The notes below the pieces were generated by a model that had not been told where the DNA came from, did no database searches, and saw only the letters and a list, made by a program, of their open reading frames with translations. Of a stretch of 40,851 bases of DNA, positions 8,251 to 17,696 are shown one piece after another. The position numbers were made by a program, and so were the translations under genes. Each line of letters starts with the position of its first letter. Positions within the stretch are counted from its first letter, which is position 1. The stretch lies in IMG/VR virus record IMGVR_UViG_2541047691_000017; one strand, written 5' to 3'. Source of the stretch: a virus. Its lineage: Duplodnaviria > Heunggongvirae > Uroviricota > Caudoviricetes.

Positions 8251-9116
8251 TGTTGTTAGCTCTTCTAATTATCCCCATTCTGGTTAGTGGTTATATTATG
8301 ATAACCGCTAACCAGTATCATTATTTCCGTTTATACCGACATGAAGGCCAGCTTCTTTATATGAAAGTAGCTGCATTAGGTACATATTGCCTTGTTGCAT
8401 CAGTAATAATTGCAGCCGCTATAAAATATAAATGGCCTGATTTTCACCTAGTTCACGATATGGTGGAAACTTTTAATGTAACATCAAAACCAGAAACAGA
8501 TAGAATTTACATGTGGCTGCTTCTTCTCTCAGCCACATCCATTTGCTTCTCTTTGTGTTATGTGTCTGTTGTGTGGGTGAAAGATTTTCTTCTTGGTTGT
8601 TTTTATAAACGTGATATTTACGAGCAAAAAACAGAGGCAATGAAGGCCAGAGTACTGCGAAAAACTTACTCGCAAGGTTCTTTAGACTTACTATTGCTTG
8701 ATGCTATTGAATCGGATCCTAAACGACCAATGTTGATTACTTTATCATCAAACAAAGTGTATGTTGGAATAATAAATGGTTCTGGTGAACCAACGGAAAA
8801 TCAGGGTCCGCATCAGCACATATCTTTTGTTCCTTTAATGTCAGGATACAGGAACAAAGAAAACTTATCTGTCACATTCACTAATGCTTATCCAGGAGAA
8901 ATACAGGTCAAGCGGACTGCAGCAATAAGAGGAATTAGCAGAAAGAAAGTGCTAGGACTTGAGATCATGGTGTCTATTGACGAAATAAGTTATATATCAT
9001 GGTTTGATTTTGAAGTATATAAAGCAACAAATAACAAAGTAGAATCCAGGGGGCACGTTATTCGTGTTACCAAAAATGGAAGAAATATATATCAAAGAAA
9101 TAGCAAAAAAGAATAG
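8250..9116 (+). CDS. Membrane-anchored protein of unknown function (three predicted N-terminal TM helices, about 170-aa soluble C-terminal domain)
   Basis: 288 aa; GTG start with AAGGA RBS 5-6 nt upstream, translationally coupled to 8041..8250; markedly AT-rich relative to neighbours; followed by a strong terminator. Confidence 0.6.
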   Translation: MLLALLIIPILVSGYIMITANQYHYFRLYRHEGQLLYMKVAALGTYCLVASVIIAAAIKYKWPDFHLVHDMVETFNVTSKPETDRIYMWLLLLSATSICFSLCYVSVVWVKDFLLGCFYKRDIYEQKTEAMKARVLRKTYSQGSLDLLLLDAIESDPKRPMLITLSSNKVYVGIINGSGEPTENQGPHQHISFVPLMSGYRNKENLSVTFTNAYPGEIQVKRTAAIRGISRKKVLGLEIMVSIDEISYISWFDFEVYKATNNKVESRGHVIRVTKNGRNIYQRNSKKE

Positions 9117-9136
9117 CCCGCGCTGCGGGCTTTTTT
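9116..9136 (+). terminator. Strong rho-independent terminator after the accessory cassette
   Basis: Stem GCCCGC/GCGGGC with 3-nt loop, then T6, immediately after stop codon 9114-9116. Confidence 0.75.
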
Positions 9137-9208
9137 GTGGACGAAACAAAAGTCAGTGCTACACTCATTGACGCCACATTGAGGTGGCTTATAGATGGAA
9201 ATGTCACA

Positions 9209-9370
9209 ATGAAAAAAGCATTTGCTGCACTGTTCGTTTTGTTGTCTCTGGTAGCTTCAACTCAGGCCTTTGCCGGTCGTTGTCAGCACGACAGCGACAC
9301 TGCTGCTGACGGCTCACGCTGCGGTGGGCGTTCTGCGGATTCCCGCCCAGGCGGCGGTGGCATTCGTTAA
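9209..9370 (+). CDS. Small secreted Cys-containing protein (53 aa)
   Basis: ATG 9209 gives MKKAFAALFVLLSLVASTQAFA signal peptide then a Gly/Ser/Asp-rich 31-aa mature peptide with Cys residues; the longer six-frame ORF start at 9137 lacks support. Confidence 0.4.
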   Translation: MKKAFAALFVLLSLVASTQAFAGRCQHDSDTAADGSRCGGRSADSRPGGGGIR

Positions 9371-9393
9371 AAACAAGGCCGCGAAAGCGGCCT

Positions 9394-9405
9394 GTGACAT
9401 GTCAC
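9394..9405. repeat. Palindrome GTGACATGTCAC, copy 1 of 3
   Basis: Perfect 12-bp palindrome; its TCA is the stop codon (reverse strand TGA) of the 9402..9698 gene; preceded by hairpin GGCCGC-GAAA-GCGGCC. Confidence 0.7.
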
Positions 9406-9698
9406 GTCCCTTTTCTGAATGATAGCCATTCGAAAAATGATGACATTCCACCGCAGACAATAGCAAAGATGATCCCACCAAAGAAGAGAAGGCCAGCCTG
9501 CCACCACTCCCACCGCCATACATCCACAGCGCCAACCATACCAACAATCGCTCCAACAAATGGAATATAGCTCACGATGAAAGCAATGGGGGCTGCAATT
9601 ATCCAGTGCAATCCCCACCATGATTCAAGCCCAGCCATAATTGCTGCCAACTGAAAAAGACCAACGACGATATAAACAATGAATCCTATAGCTTGCAT
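9402..9698 (-). CDS. Small inner-membrane protein (3 TM helices), unknown function
   Basis: Start at ATG 9696-9698 with RBS AGGTGA; about 98 aa, almost entirely hydrophobic helices; convergent with the 9209 gene. Confidence 0.5.
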   Translation of the reverse strand: MQAIGFIVYIVVGLFQLAAIMAGLESWWGLHWIIAAPIAFIVSYIPFVGAIVGMVGAVDVWRWEWWQAGLLFFGGIIFAIVCGGMSSFFEWLSFRKGT

Positions 9699-9894
9699 GT
9701 AGTCACCTAATTTACCCAGTAAAAATAAGAGGCCTCCCCTCAATAAGGCTTGCAACAAGAACTACTCCCTGCACAACAAAGATGAACCAGCAAATAGCTT
9801 GAGTCTGAGGGTTAAGAAAATATTTGTAGCGGTCAATAAATAACAATCCACCAGAAATTATCACACTCAAAATAATTAAAAACACAACACTTCC

Positions 9895-12369
9895 TTATTG
9901 CGGAGTGACATCCTGTGGTCGCCACCAGTATGTCTGGTTAAACTCTTTCTTCGAACGTTGCTCCATTTTACGCAAATAACCTGGTGAAAAATACTCCTGC
10001 ATCTGGTTAAAGATCATGTGATCGAGAGCCGCCTTTAAGTACCAGAGATTCGCACCTGGCATCAGACCTTTCCCCAGCTTAACCAGATCACCACCAGTCT
10101 GCTCATTCTTCCCTTCCACAGCATTTAACGGTATGCCCTGAGCAATCTTCACTACGTCATCAACCAGACCAGCTACCGGGCCAAGCATCGACGCCAGCGC
10201 GCCGCTTCCGTACCTAGTGTGATCTGACAATAAAAAGTCACCGTAAAGGCCAAGACCACCACCTTTCAGTAGAGCACCAAGCCAAAATTTAGCAGCATCT
10301 TCTCCTGTCATCTCGCGAGGATTACGACCAGACGCAAGGTCGTTAAGTTGCTGCGACAAAGCGCCAAGAATGGTCGTACTGGCAATAAACGTCGCAATAT
10401 ATGCCGCACGCCCACCAGCCGACGGCATACCCATAGCGCGTGACCAGTGACGCATAACCACCGAGATAGGGAACGATTTAAACAGGAAAACACTTCTCGT
10501 TAATTCACCTTTCCATGTTCCACGCTGAATACCAGAACCGGTTATCAGTTGCTCACGTGCACCCGGTGTAATAACAGCCATATCAACTTCTTCAGTTACG
10601 GCACCGAGCAGTTTACGCATTGCCTCAAATTTCACGCGTTCAGGCTCACCAAGATGTTTAACTGCTGAATCAGGGATACGCATAATGCTTTCCGGTGTCA
10701 GCATCGTATTATTACCGTTCCCCCAGTCCTCCTGTTGCGCCAGCTTCCATACGCTCCAGTCTGTGTCAGTAATCCCTTTGCTTTTCAGGATACGAAAATC
10801 AGAATCATCGAGGCTACGAAGGTCTGGTGTCCGTGACACTACTTCTCCCAGGCTTCCCATCATGGTTACGCCATAGGCGCGCTTGTGCGCATCTGACCAT
10901 GCTGTAAGCCCACTGGCACGCATTACCACCGTTGCAGCCCAACGAGACACAGACGGCCCCATATTATCCATCGCCCAGCGGTTAACGCTGCCAAGTAGAG
11001 ATTCCATCGCCAGACCAGCGCGGCGCGCCCGCGCAAGTTCTGTACGGTTCGTTGGGTCCATAGCTTCAAGCTGGTTGCGGAATAACTGGTTCATTGGAAG
11101 GTTGGTAACCTTCGCAGACAGATACATGGTTCCAAGATCAGAGAACGATGACAGCAACGCGGATCCGAGTCTGCTGGCAACCAGCCAGTTGCGGATATTG
11201 TCAGACCATCGCGCGATGTGCGGATTCGCTACAGGCTGTGTCTTTCCGGAAATAAAGTTGTACAGATTCTCTGTGTTGTTCGCCAGCCGCTCGACTTTAC
11301 CGGTTTTACTCGGGTTAGCTGTTGCCGTTTCTGCCTTCACCTGATCAAGAAGAGAGCGGAAAACATGATCGGGGTTTGGGCCATATGTTTCCACCAGTGC
11401 AATATCTTTACTGATACCTTCCAGGTGACCGACCATGATTTCCCATAGAGAGCGATCGCCATAAAGTTGCTGATATTGCAGATAGGAATCTGCATCTTTG
11501 AAATGTATCTGTCGTGATGCATTACCCCGGTTAGCACGTGCGCCGGAAATTCGCATTCCGGTATCAGTAAGCTTATTCAGCCCACCAGTAGCGATCGTGT
11601 TATAAGCCTCTCCAAGAAATGCAGACAACTCGGCATCGTTCATCAGTTGTCCATCGACTCGGGTATAATATTTGCGATCCAGCTTACCTATAACATCGCT
11701 AACCCACTTATCCTTTGATACCGCCCCAACCTTTTCCATAGAATGATGTTGAGGGAGCCCCCAGTTTTCGAGATAGCCAATGTCCCCACCAGCATCATTA
11801 AACCGGCGGCGCAGTAGCTCTGTCACTTCTCTCCACGCCTTAGCACCTTTTCTTGCTTTAGCATTGCCAGTATTTTGCCCTCGCATTTCATATACCAGGT
11901 CACGCACGCCAGCTTCATCTTCAAACAGGCCAAAAAAGCGAGGATCAACTGCTTCAAATGCCTCCTGCAATTGACTCAATGCATAATCACGAGTGGCTTT
12001 TGTTCTGGATTCAACAGAGAGGAAATTCGATTTACCGTCTGCATTAAAAGCAATAGTACGGTTAAGAGCGCCAAGTTTCCCATCAGCCCCTTGATAGCTA
12101 TTGATAAATTTATCCAATCTCTGACGTGCGGCTATAGTGAGGGCCACACGACGTTTCTTTAATGCCGCTTCTCGCTGTAATTCTTCAGATGCCAATTGTG
12201 CTGCTCGATATAGCCGCTCTGATTCGGAAAGTTGTCGCCACGACATAGGGTCATCACGAGCAATGGAGCGCATATTTCGATAAATGCGGTCTTCAATGTT
12301 CTGTATTTCTCGCGCCGTTAACATGCGCTGCGCCGCCTGCTGAACCGCTTGTATACATTCCTGTCTCAT
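9895..12369 (-). CDS. Internal virion (ejection/core) protein, large
   Basis: 824 aa; last of a run of large co-oriented genes after the tail tubular genes, as with podovirus internal core proteins; no specific motif recognised. Confidence 0.55.
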   Translation of the reverse strand: MRQECIQAVQQAAQRMLTAREIQNIEDRIYRNMRSIARDDPMSWRQLSESERLYRAAQLASEELQREAALKKRRVALTIAARQRLDKFINSYQGADGKLGALNRTIAFNADGKSNFLSVESRTKATRDYALSQLQEAFEAVDPRFFGLFEDEAGVRDLVYEMRGQNTGNAKARKGAKAWREVTELLRRRFNDAGGDIGYLENWGLPQHHSMEKVGAVSKDKWVSDVIGKLDRKYYTRVDGQLMNDAELSAFLGEAYNTIATGGLNKLTDTGMRISGARANRGNASRQIHFKDADSYLQYQQLYGDRSLWEIMVGHLEGISKDIALVETYGPNPDHVFRSLLDQVKAETATANPSKTGKVERLANNTENLYNFISGKTQPVANPHIARWSDNIRNWLVASRLGSALLSSFSDLGTMYLSAKVTNLPMNQLFRNQLEAMDPTNRTELARARRAGLAMESLLGSVNRWAMDNMGPSVSRWAATVVMRASGLTAWSDAHKRAYGVTMMGSLGEVVSRTPDLRSLDDSDFRILKSKGITDTDWSVWKLAQQEDWGNGNNTMLTPESIMRIPDSAVKHLGEPERVKFEAMRKLLGAVTEEVDMAVITPGAREQLITGSGIQRGTWKGELTRSVFLFKSFPISVVMRHWSRAMGMPSAGGRAAYIATFIASTTILGALSQQLNDLASGRNPREMTGEDAAKFWLGALLKGGGLGLYGDFLLSDHTRYGSGALASMLGPVAGLVDDVVKIAQGIPLNAVEGKNEQTGGDLVKLGKGLMPGANLWYLKAALDHMIFNQMQEYFSPGYLRKMEQRSKKEFNQTYWWRPQDVTPQ

Positions 12370-12374
12370 TTAAT

Positions 12375-14177
12375 TTAACCTCTCAAGAAACACGCCACAG
12401 CGACATCAAACAGGCTGGAATCCTGTATTGCCTGCTCACTTTCCCTGTTCGCTTCATCCAGTGCTTCACGCGCACTGCGCGATTGTGGATTACCATCATC
12501 ATCCAGCACGGTGATTATCATGTCAGGTGATTCAAGCAGCGAGTCTTCAGCTATGCGCAGATCAATATCTCCTGCCGGATCTGCCATCATTTTTTGTTCT
12601 GTCTGTTGCAATATCTTACCGGGCTCAAAAGGAGCTACTTCTTCTGGCGTCCTGACCTCTGCTGTTTTATAGAATGAAACAGCCTGAGCATTAAGTTCAC
12701 TTTCTGCCTGCTGTCGTCGTGCCAGTTCTGCTCGAGCTTCAAAAAACTGACCTCCAGGCTCGTGCGGCGCCAACGCGTTACGAGAAAATTCCAGGCGTTC
12801 TTGTGCCTGCCGGATTCGTTGGTCAATATCGCGAAGTCTGGCCTGTTTATCTGATCGAGCACGAGATAAAGCCTTACCGCTACCGGTTGGCTCTTCTGCA
12901 AGAATTTGTGCGCGCTGTTCAGTGAGATTTTCAATAATTCGTTGGCTATTAGCGATTTCAGACTGGTAAACCTTTCTATCGCCACGCGACAAAAGCTGCG
13001 CGGCCTGTTCTTCAAGCAACCGATTTTCTATAGCGCGCGCCGTTACTCCATCATCTACAGATGACAGAGCCTCATTAACTGCCTGAGACAGCAGACTCTT
13101 GCGCCCAGGAATTTCACTGAAAGATGCAGACTCAACAATGCTGGCAACGTCTACAGGTCTCCCCTGGCTAACATCAGACATGGCTTTTCGCAGAGCCTGA
13201 ATGTGCGAATTACGCGAAAGCACGTTGATCGGAACGCCGGGAGCAATATCAATTTCAGCATGATGAGCGGCATTCGCCGCCAGTGCAGCATCAATATCAA
13301 CTGGTGAAAAATTTGGTGCGCTTGTAGACTCGCCGCGAGAGTTAATAAATCTGCCGACACCACCAAACGCCACCCCAAGAACAGCATCAATAGCAATTGC
13401 CTGTCGATCCAACACATCATACTGGTTAGCCATTTCGCTATAGCCACCATCACGAAGCGTTTTTGCAGTAAGCCCACGCTGTGCCATACCGAACGCAATA
13501 TTTGTACCTGCGGCATAGGCAATATCTGGCGTTGCACGTATTGCTGTTGCTGCGGCGCGTCGCACTGAACTTTCACCCGTCCGCGCAAGCTGAGCCGCCA
13601 CACCTTCCGCCAGCGCACCACCAGCACGTAACCCGAGGCTCATAGGGATCAGTGTTCCGGCACCAGCAGTAATACCCTGCACTAATCCCGCTTCCTGCGC
13701 CGTCCTGAAATCAACACCCTGTGCTGTCAACCGTTCAAACTCAGAAAAACCCTGTAGAGAAGTTACCGCCGCAGCACCTCCGACCGGACCACCGAGCGTT
13801 GTACCGACAACAGCCTGCCCGCCCATATCGAACAACCCATAAAGGACCTGCCCGGCGGTTCCGGTTGTCGCGGCATCAGGCGTCAGCCGCTTAACCTGCT
13901 GCTCTGCTAGTTTTCTCTGCTCAGCAATGTATGAAACTGAAGTGTCATTGAGCGAGGTGTTTTCGTTAACAAGCTGAGCAATCGGGGATACGATTTTATC
14001 CATCCCTGCCCATAGCAACTGATCTGGCTTTGCCACCAGCCCGGAGTACAAACCAGACAATGCCGCTCCTACAGCATTGTCGAAAAAACCAACATCGCTG
14101 TTAAAGCCAACTGGATTTGATGCTGCTTCGTCAAGCTGCTGATTCTGGTTTACTGGATTAAGGCCAAAGTAACTCAT
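12375..14177 (-). CDS. Internal virion (ejection/core) protein
   Basis: 600 aa, Gly/Ala-rich segments; position in the structural operon. Confidence 0.5.
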   Translation of the reverse strand: MSYFGLNPVNQNQQLDEAASNPVGFNSDVGFFDNAVGAALSGLYSGLVAKPDQLLWAGMDKIVSPIAQLVNENTSLNDTSVSYIAEQRKLAEQQVKRLTPDAATTGTAGQVLYGLFDMGGQAVVGTTLGGPVGGAAAVTSLQGFSEFERLTAQGVDFRTAQEAGLVQGITAGAGTLIPMSLGLRAGGALAEGVAAQLARTGESSVRRAAATAIRATPDIAYAAGTNIAFGMAQRGLTAKTLRDGGYSEMANQYDVLDRQAIAIDAVLGVAFGGVGRFINSRGESTSAPNFSPVDIDAALAANAAHHAEIDIAPGVPINVLSRNSHIQALRKAMSDVSQGRPVDVASIVESASFSEIPGRKSLLSQAVNEALSSVDDGVTARAIENRLLEEQAAQLLSRGDRKVYQSEIANSQRIIENLTEQRAQILAEEPTGSGKALSRARSDKQARLRDIDQRIRQAQERLEFSRNALAPHEPGGQFFEARAELARRQQAESELNAQAVSFYKTAEVRTPEEVAPFEPGKILQQTEQKMMADPAGDIDLRIAEDSLLESPDMIITVLDDDGNPQSRSAREALDEANRESEQAIQDSSLFDVAVACFLRG

Positions 14178-16687
14178 TGCGGAATATCTCCGGAGAATCT
14201 CTGACGCTTCTGTGTCAGATCAAGAACAACGGGAGAACCATCATCTTTTAGCAGATAACCAGTACCAAGTTTCACCAGGTACTGACTATCGCCGTAACTT
14301 TGCAAACCATACTGACCAGGCGGTGTTTTTATCCCTGTGCCAACAACTTGTTCATTCCAAGCCTGATTAACCTGCTTATCGAATTGCTCTGCAGACATTC
14401 CCCACGGCAAAAGAACATTCCCCATTCCGTTATAGTCATGCACGCCACCTGTAGCTACGTTAACAGCCTGTTTCCAGATATCATTGTCAATTTCGCCTGA
14501 TACCACGCCTTTTTTCGCCATCACACCAGCGTAATAGTCCTTTGCGATCTCGTATGCCATTGATGCCCCCTGAGCATCACCAGCAAATGCATTCTTCACC
14601 ATGTCAGAAAACTCAAGGCGAAGATCAGCATCTTTAGGCATCGGAATACCTTTCGCGTCATCAGTACCTTTACGAGCCGCCGCGCCAGCAAGAATTGTCT
14701 GCGCAGCGGTTTCTGGAGACACGGAAACATCCGGATTAAACCAGTTTTTTTCTGCCAAAATACCACCTGGCTTATCCATCAGTATCCCGGCAACGGCAGC
14801 AGATGGAGCGTTGGCACTGATCTGCTGTAGTGCTGACATATACACCTGCCCACCACCAGTGCTCTGCCTGATGGTATCGAGATATGCTGCCTGTTGGGAA
14901 ACGGGCGCATCACGAAAGAAAACACCGATCTGATTGGCCTCGTCTTTGGAAAAGAACGTCAGTGGAGTGCCATATGACTTAGCAAGGTCACTGACCTGAG
15001 CAGCACGCAAGGCAACGCTCTGTCCAAAGTTATCCTTATTGCTCATGTCGATAGGCTTTGCCTGTCCGGCGGCAAGAGAGAACTGTACAGGATCAGCCTG
15101 TCGCTGCTTTATCACCTGACTTGCAGCCGACACAACGTTGTCATAAAGAGCGGCTCGTGCCGCATAACCCTCCCCTGTCTCACCAGTATCCGGGCGTAAT
15201 TGCTCAACATATGCTGTAATGCTGCTTGTCGGCATGTTGCGGAAAGAGCCTATATACTGTCCGGCGATTTGCGTATTTCTGAACTCGGTATATCGCAGGT
15301 TTCCTTCTCTTACTCCATAAGCTGCAATAAAATCAGCCTCACCAGGTGGGTTAGGAAATTCAACGCCACGCATATACGCAGCTGTCGCATCGCGAACCTG
15401 GCTGTCAATCATCGTTTTATATTCAGCCTGCTGCTGCCGACGCAGTTGATCCGCCTGTCGCATAAAACTTGCCTGCGCCTCAGGAGATGCCGCATCGAAT
15501 GCTGCATTACCGGTATAGCGTTTGGTGTTGGTTGGAATTGTTGATAAACCAAGTGCTGCACTGACACCAGCAGTTAACTGCTGATCACTGTATGGCTGGC
15601 TACCGTTCTCATGATGGATAATGGCTGCACAAAGCGCCTTCAGGGTATCAGGATTAGATGCATCGAGAGGCTCATCAGCAGAAACGCCAAGTTGTTCGCA
15701 CACTGCTTTGATATACGACATAGTGTCATTTTTATCAGTAGGCGGTGCCCAGCGATTAATTATCTCGCTGACGGTATCAATACCCTGCCTCTGATACGAC
15801 ATCAGGTTCCGCCCTAATGCACGAATCCCGTGTTCAGGTGTTTCGAATTTAGCAAATCGACCATCATCACCGGTCTGGCCTACCCACGGATTAGTTTTGC
15901 TGTATTCGAGATTTCCTGGGTTATTGTTGCGTATGCCACGGGCACGCTCGGAAGAGTCACTATCTGCTACAGCACGGCGAGCTCCAGCAGCAGTATCACT
16001 TAACTCGCCATTACTTTGGATGAATGCGGTCGCATTGTTTGCCGACCACTGGGACAATGCAGCATCAGCAACCTTCTCTTTAAACTCGATTTTCTTGGCC
16101 TGGATTTGCTCGTCACTCCAGCCATGTGCAATGCCGTAATCCTCAATTTGCTGGAAAGTTTGCTTATTAGCCAATACGTATGCGGCGTTGTCGCCATACA
16201 ATGCTGCGGCATTTTTACCATTGTTCAGCAGCGTAGCCTGAAACTGGCCTTCTTCGTAGGCATTTATTTGCCCTATCTCGTGCCGCCCGGCCTGCGTAGT
16301 GAACTGAATGCGCTGCTGCTGCGCCTGCTGCATGAAAGCATTACGAGCCTGTTCATCCGGCAGCGACATAGCCAGTTGTTCGACCTGAGCATCAAACTGC
16401 TGCGTATACTCCTGACCTTTTCCAATAGCATTTTTCCCTTTCAGGTTAAGCAATCCTGTTTCAGGATTATTCAGCAGATCACTGCTTATCTGACTGAGGT
16501 TAAGAGATGCCTCCTGAGCCAGAGCGATATTGGCACGCTGTTTTGCCTGCCCCAAAACATCAATTGCCTCTGTCCCTGCCCGAACAAAAGCATCACCAAT
16601 ACCTGGCTGAGAAAACGTCTGCAAGCCTGCTGACTGAACTCCACGGCTCTGAACCTGACGGCCGGATACTGTTGGTACGACTGGCAT
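14174..16687 (-). CDS. Internal virion protein, possibly with a cell-wall-degrading domain
   Basis: Start placed at ATG 16685-16687 (MPVVPT..., RBS GGAGG) overlapping the upstream stop; contains motif IRNNNPGNLEY that I tentatively associate with virion-associated muralytic domains (memory only). Confidence 0.5.
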   Translation of the reverse strand: MPVVPTVSGRQVQSRGVQSAGLQTFSQPGIGDAFVRAGTEAIDVLGQAKQRANIALAQEASLNLSQISSDLLNNPETGLLNLKGKNAIGKGQEYTQQFDAQVEQLAMSLPDEQARNAFMQQAQQQRIQFTTQAGRHEIGQINAYEEGQFQATLLNNGKNAAALYGDNAAYVLANKQTFQQIEDYGIAHGWSDEQIQAKKIEFKEKVADAALSQWSANNATAFIQSNGELSDTAAGARRAVADSDSSERARGIRNNNPGNLEYSKTNPWVGQTGDDGRFAKFETPEHGIRALGRNLMSYQRQGIDTVSEIINRWAPPTDKNDTMSYIKAVCEQLGVSADEPLDASNPDTLKALCAAIIHHENGSQPYSDQQLTAGVSAALGLSTIPTNTKRYTGNAAFDAASPEAQASFMRQADQLRRQQQAEYKTMIDSQVRDATAAYMRGVEFPNPPGEADFIAAYGVREGNLRYTEFRNTQIAGQYIGSFRNMPTSSITAYVEQLRPDTGETGEGYAARAALYDNVVSAASQVIKQRQADPVQFSLAAGQAKPIDMSNKDNFGQSVALRAAQVSDLAKSYGTPLTFFSKDEANQIGVFFRDAPVSQQAAYLDTIRQSTGGGQVYMSALQQISANAPSAAVAGILMDKPGGILAEKNWFNPDVSVSPETAAQTILAGAAARKGTDDAKGIPMPKDADLRLEFSDMVKNAFAGDAQGASMAYEIAKDYYAGVMAKKGVVSGEIDNDIWKQAVNVATGGVHDYNGMGNVLLPWGMSAEQFDKQVNQAWNEQVVGTGIKTPPGQYGLQSYGDSQYLVKLGTGYLLKDDGSPVVLDLTQKRQRFSGDIPQ

Positions 16688-17232
16688 TATAATCCTCCGG
16701 GTAATCTGGTTCCTGCTGCTGCCCCGATTGGCGCAGGGGTGCTTTGAGTAAACGGACTCCACGTCCCACCAAACATCTGGTACGCACCGTATGCCTTCAG
16801 AGGCGCAGTGAGCAATGTTGTTGCTGCTCCCACATTCCCCTGTTTACGGGCTGAACTGGCTTCTGCTTTATAGTTGGCAGCCTGAACCTGATAACCGTAA
16901 GCCTCGCGTTGCGCGTTATTCACCGTCGTCAGAGAATCAAGAGCGCCAAACTGGGCAGTGTCGCCAAATATATCCAGCGCGTTACCTGTAGATAAATCAG
17001 CGCCGGTAGCCCCCATTGTCGCCGCCTGTGTACCAAGCCGCTGTCGGGTCTCTCTGCGCCGTTGCTCAGCTTCAGCGTTACCTCTGTTTATTGCATCATT
17101 TGCCTGAGCTGTGGCTATATCTGCGTTCGCTTCTGCAACCTTCGAGGCATACTTTCCCTGTTGGTACTGGGTGTATGCCTGAATGCCACTCATGGCGAGC
17201 ATTGCGCCACCAGCAATAACCGGATCGCACAT
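16687..17232 (-). CDS. Small internal virion protein (gp14-like position)
   Basis: 181 aa, Ala/Gln-rich; lies between the tail tubular B gene region and the large internal proteins. Confidence 0.45.
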   Translation of the reverse strand: MCDPVIAGGAMLAMSGIQAYTQYQQGKYASKVAEANADIATAQANDAINRGNAEAEQRRRETRQRLGTQAATMGATGADLSTGNALDIFGDTAQFGALDSLTTVNNAQREAYGYQVQAANYKAEASSARKQGNVGAATTLLTAPLKAYGAYQMFGGTWSPFTQSTPAPIGAAAGTRLPGGL

Positions 17233-17696
17233 TATTTTCTCTCCATGTGAAATCTGTGGAAATTAAGACCAAGAGCACCATAAGGCGCGGCTTCTTCAAG
17301 CCTGAATCCAAGCCAGTGCAGCCATGCTTTGGCAACATGGTTTCGCTCGTCGACATAGTTTTCCAGGCGCGGATAAACTGCCAGCATCTGCTGCAATACA
17401 GGGCGGCAGTGGCGAAGAAATGTCTTCTGATATTTTTCGATACGGCTGGTTCCGACCAGCCAGGGCGTACCATTGCCACCGATCATTGACGCCGGAGATA
17501 CGCCAAACATGGTTACCAGTTCTCCGTTCGCAAATCCTGACCAGGCCATAGTCGCAGTACGCAGACCAACACGCAGCGCATCTTCGGTAGTCATCAGTGA
17601 TACCGCATACAGTTCGTCAATATCAGCCTGACGAACATCCGGCAAAATCATCTGAAGATGCTCTTCGGTTGCGGGAATAACTTGAACATCGATCAT
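17232..17696 (-). CDS. Virion-associated protein of unknown function
   Basis: 154 aa; start/stop overlaps with neighbours indicate translational coupling inside the structural operon. Confidence 0.4.
   Translation of the reverse strand: MIDVQVIPATEEHLQMILPDVRQADIDELYAVSLMTTEDALRVGLRTATMAWSGFANGELVTMFGVSPASMIGGNGTPWLVGTSRIEKYQKTFLRHCRPVLQQMLAVYPRLENYVDERNHVAKAWLHWLGFRLEEAAPYGALGLNFHRFHMERK

Noticed and set aside
9137-9208. Upstream extension of the small secreted peptide ORF
   Set aside because: The extension precedes a canonical signal peptide that starts at the internal ATG 9209 and overlaps the promoter-like region after the terminator.
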